NCBI RefSeq assembly: GCF_030028105.1
Contig: NC_092379.1
Location: 20,065,309 to 20,129,308 of the forward strand
Source: Mobula birostris
Taxonomy: Eukaryota
DNA length: 64,000 nucleotides
Direction of reading: 5' to 3'
Below the pieces are notes generated by a model that ran no database searches, had not been told where the DNA came from, and saw nothing but the letters and a program-made list of their open reading frames with translations. Positions 60,361-64,000 of the stretch are shown piece after piece. A program made the position numbers and the translations under genes. The first letter of the stretch is position 1. Each line of letters opens with the position of its first letter.

Positions 60361-61827
60361 GTTTACTTGAAGCTCAGTAACTATTTGTTATTAATAGCTG
60401 ACAGATGTCTGAAACTCTGCGATAACATTAGCACTCAGTCCTTACACTTCCTCTCAGGTTTCACAGGCAGGTTTAATTTGAGCAGGGGGCCCTCCCAGTG
60501 GAGCTGTGTTACTAAAACGAATAAACACACTACTTTACATATGGAAATACAATTCTAATGTTGTGCTTTGCACCAACCAACAGGTTCACGTTTACCACAC
60601 AGAATGAGACAAAATGAATCAAAACCAAAGGTCAAAAGACACAGAGACAGCAAGCCCCTCTCCTTGTTACAGAGCATTTGTCTCGAGTCAGAAACAGGCT
60701 CACTGTAATGATGATTGACTGTTACTGATTGATTTATTGATTATGTTATGGGAATGAGCAGTTCAAATGTATGTACACCTGCATTTCATGTTCTGGAGCA
60801 GTTGGAAGACTCCCACCAACAACTGAAAGTGTGTTTGCTCAAACTCAGCACAGAAGTTCATCCTGATGACTGTAGTTCAGGTGATCAGATAATTCTGAAT
60901 TGGCAGCAATAAAGTGGAAAATAAAGAGAAACTAAAAGGTGCCTTGTCAACATTACATCGATGGGTGGGCAGAGTCCCGGTGTGACATGCTGGAGCTGAT
61001 GTTTGTTGATGAGAGCGAAGGCTGCCCGGTGAATCAACTTTAGACTGAAACAGCAACACAGATCACAATCACTATGGATCACTGTGGGAGTTGGGGGTTA
61101 TCATTGGCCTGGAAGCTCTCAGGGTCTGAAGATCAAGGATAACAAACTTGTGTATTCAGAGAGAATCAATAATCTGCCATTGAAAGGTTGTCAGCTGATG
61201 AGGTCTGCAAGTTTAGATATCTACTAAACCTTTCTTTCTGGCATCTGGACAGCAAATTGTGTAGTTCTACTCCTGTAAGAGCCCTGGGCCTGTAGATTGC
61301 TGTTTGATTTTTGAGTTCACCTTGATTAAAATAACATCACCTGAACTGGAATTGTGCCCTTAAACTCTGAATCTATTCTGGTAAGAACAGATTGATAGAT
61401 TTCACAATACCTGAAAATAACTACCCTGAGGAAGTTTCTGGGATGATGCTACCTTATTATTTTGGGAATTTTGCCCTTTCAGGTGTTGGATTGGACTACA
61501 TAATTGTTATTTTCATTGTAGTTTAACTTTCTTGTGTTTGTGTTTTTAAATAATTACCTGTATACATGTAATTGTTCAGTGGGTTGCCATTGCCTGTGTA
61601 TCACCTGGAATCTCCCAGTTTCAGTGGTGGGTATCACATTACTCGAATAGGTCAATATCTTATTGGTTAATTTCAGCAATGGAATTTGAATGGAATGTCT
61701 GCTACCAGTATTCAGCGGTCATAAGCAATGGGTTTTAATGCCCCTTCTTGACTTCTGAAGAACTTTAGGTTGCAAAACCATCAGGATCCAATACAAGTTT
61801 AAGTTTTGATCAACAAACCCAGCATTT

Positions 61828-62112
61828 GGGGCGGCATAGTAGTGCCGTGGTTAGCAGAATGTTTTACAGTGCAGGCGACCTAGGGTTCAATTTCTGCTGC
61901 TGCCTGTAAGGAATTTGTAATTACTCCCCGAGAATGTGTGGGTTTCCATCGGGTACTCCGGTTGCCTCTCACAGTCCAAAAACATACCAGATGGTAACTG
62001 GTCATTGTAAATTGTCCTGTGATTAGACTAGGATTAAATCAGGGGATTCCTGGGCAGTGTGGCTCGAAGGGACTATTCCATGCTGTATGCCAATAAATAA
62101 ATGAATGAAATA
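61828..62112 (+). mobile_element. tRNA-derived V-SINE-like element
   Basis: A/B-box-like head, V-domain-like gggtttccatcgggtactccggtt, caataaataaat tail. Confidence 0.65.
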
Positions 62113-62559
62113 ATTTACATGTACTTCACTGAATTTTTTTTACTATGAATCCATTCTAAAATGATTCCTGAGTTTCCTCTTACCCTCCTCCATATGGAAG
62201 TCCAGTCCTATTGTCAATTACTCTGTCTGAGGAGCTTCCTCAAAGTTCACAGCTTCATTCAAATTATTTTAAACCTGCAGTACTGTGTCTTTCTCTTCCT
62301 CTTTAATTTAAATCCATCTTATGGATGTCATTTCATTCTCTTCATTCTTCCATCACTCTGTGTCTGACATCTCAGTGAGTGAGTAAATTGTGGTGCAAAC
62401 CATTTCAGCACATCATCCCGTTGGACTGAGGCATTGCTTCCAGATTCCTCCTCTGACCAGACACTTCCTCACTTGCCATTCCCTCTCCTTCTATGACCTG
62501 ACGTCTGATTTATGCTCCTGTGAAACACCTTCTGATGATTTCCTATATTAAAGCCACGC

Positions 62560-63035
62560 TGTAAATAACAACACCTTATATTCTGTCTGGGTAGCCTCCA
62601 ATCTGATGGCATGAACATCGACTTCTCTAACTTCCGCTAATGCCCCACCTCTCCCTCGTACCCCATCTGTTATTTATTTTTATACACACATTCTTTCTCT
62701 CACTCTCCTTTTTCTCCCTCTGTCCCTCTCACCATACCCCTTGCCCATCCTCTGGGTTCCCCCCACCCCTTTGTCTTTCTCCCTGGGCCTCCTGTCCCAT
62801 GATCCTCTTGTATCCCTTTTGCCAATCACCTGTCCAGCTCCTGGCTCCATCCCTCCCCCTCTTGTCTTCTCCTATCATTTTGGATCTCCCCACCCCCTCC
62901 CACTTTCAAATCTCTTTCTAACTCTTCCTTCAGTTAGTCCTGACGAAGGGTCTCGGCCTGAAACGTCGACTGTACCTCTTCCTAGAGAGGCTGCCTGGCC
63001 TGCTGCGTTCACCAGCAACTTTGATGTGTGTTGCT
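62560..63035 (+). mobile_element. Penelope-like 3' tail
   Basis: Colinear with 1640-2107. Confidence 0.8.
62936..62971 (+). ncRNA. Minimal type I hammerhead ribozyme motif, intact
   Basis: AGTC-CTGACGA-AGGGTCTCGGCCT-GAAAC-GTC-GACT. Confidence 0.65.
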
Positions 63036-63387
63036 GTAAATGCAAGTGGTTTCTTTTGGGGAAAATTGTCCAATTATTTTGCATTACAGACCAACCATGT
63101 CCACATAAGTTCTTGATGATGAACGGGGGCTGAGTCCCAAGGAAGTCACATTTTCTATTAGAATCTGCATCTTCATAAAAAATATGAAAACAGTGAGGTA
63201 GGCAGTGTCTGGGAAAGAATATTAATCACTGATGATTCAGATCTGCATCCCCCTTCAGACTGCAGTGGGGTCACACTTACCTCTTTTGATGGTTAGTCCA
63301 GGGAACACTTACAAGGGCTTCTGTACTCAGTCTGTACTGTTTCCTGTACAGAGAGAGAGATACAGCACAGAAACAGGCCCATCATCC

Positions 63388-63518
63388 CACTGAGTCTACA
63401 CTAACCATTAACCACTGAGTCTGCACTAACCATTAACCACTGAGCCTGCACTAACCATTAACCAGTTAGTCTGTACTAACAATTATTCACTACTGAGTCT
63501 GCACTAACTGTTAACCAC
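63388..63518 (+). repeat. 25-bp tandem repeat, about 5 copies
   Basis: Unit cactgagtct(g/a)cactaaccattaac. Confidence 0.85.
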
Positions 63519-63549
63519 CTGGCCTATAATTTCTTTTCTTCCGCCTCTG

Positions 63550-64000
63550 TCCCTTCTGTAAAAGTGGAGTGACATTTGCAATTTTTCAGTCCTCTGGAAC
63601 CATTTCAGAATCTAGTGATTGTTGAAAGATCATTACTAACGCCTCCATGGTCTCTTCAGCTACCTCGCTCAGAGCCCTGAGGTGTCATCCATGGAGTCCA
63701 GGTGACTTTAGTGCCTTCAGACTTTTCAGCATCCCAAGCACCTTCTCCTTAGTAATAGAAATGACATTCACTTCTGCCCCCTGACACTCTTACTTTTATG
63801 GCATTCTGCTGGTGTGTTCCATAGTGAAGACTGACACACAAAATATTTACCAAGTTCACCTGCCATTTCTTTGTCCCACATTGCTACCTCTCCAGCATAA
63901 TTTTCCAGTGGTCCGATATCCACTCTGGTCTCTCATTTACTTGATATATATCTGAAAAAACTTTTGGTGTCCTCTTTTATCTTATTGGCTAGCTTACCTT
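63550..64000 (-). mobile_element. CR1 ORF2 fragment running off the window end
   Basis: Colinear with the 45660-46090 part of the other minus-strand CR1. Confidence 0.7.

Noticed and set aside
53500-64000. Additional V, D or C segments upstream of V1
   Set aside because: No Ig motifs or RSS pairs recognised; region is TE fragments and low-information intergenic DNA.

Overview
Cartilaginous-fish genomic DNA (a shark or ray; species not determinable) carrying an unusual immunoglobulin heavy-chain cluster on the minus strand inside TE-rich introns. In transcription order it has: a TATA-like box, a split leader, and an intact IgW-type VH exon. That exon carries 27 extra germline-encoded codons (2 Cys) after the YYC motif and ends in a 23-bp-spacer RSS. 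Next come a frameshifted second leader-VH copy and one J-like exon (WGGGTSLTVTS, 2 Cys) with a perfect heptamer, 12-bp spacer and a 6/9 nonamer. These are followed by five intact, phase-1 tandem pairs of constant exons (types A and B). From recalled similarity these resemble IgNAR C2/C3, i.e. IgW C3/C4. All four copies of the next exon type (C; IgNAR C4 / IgW C5-like) are dead, one further A exon is inverted and dead, and I found no intact CH1/CH2 exon between J and the first A exon. No terminal C, secretory or transmembrane exon is in the window. The rest is L1/Tx1, CR1, Rex-Babar, RTE, Penelope-like (with minimal hammerhead ribozymes), hAT and SINE sequence. Family assignments come from recognised motifs, not database searches; TE boundaries are approximate.
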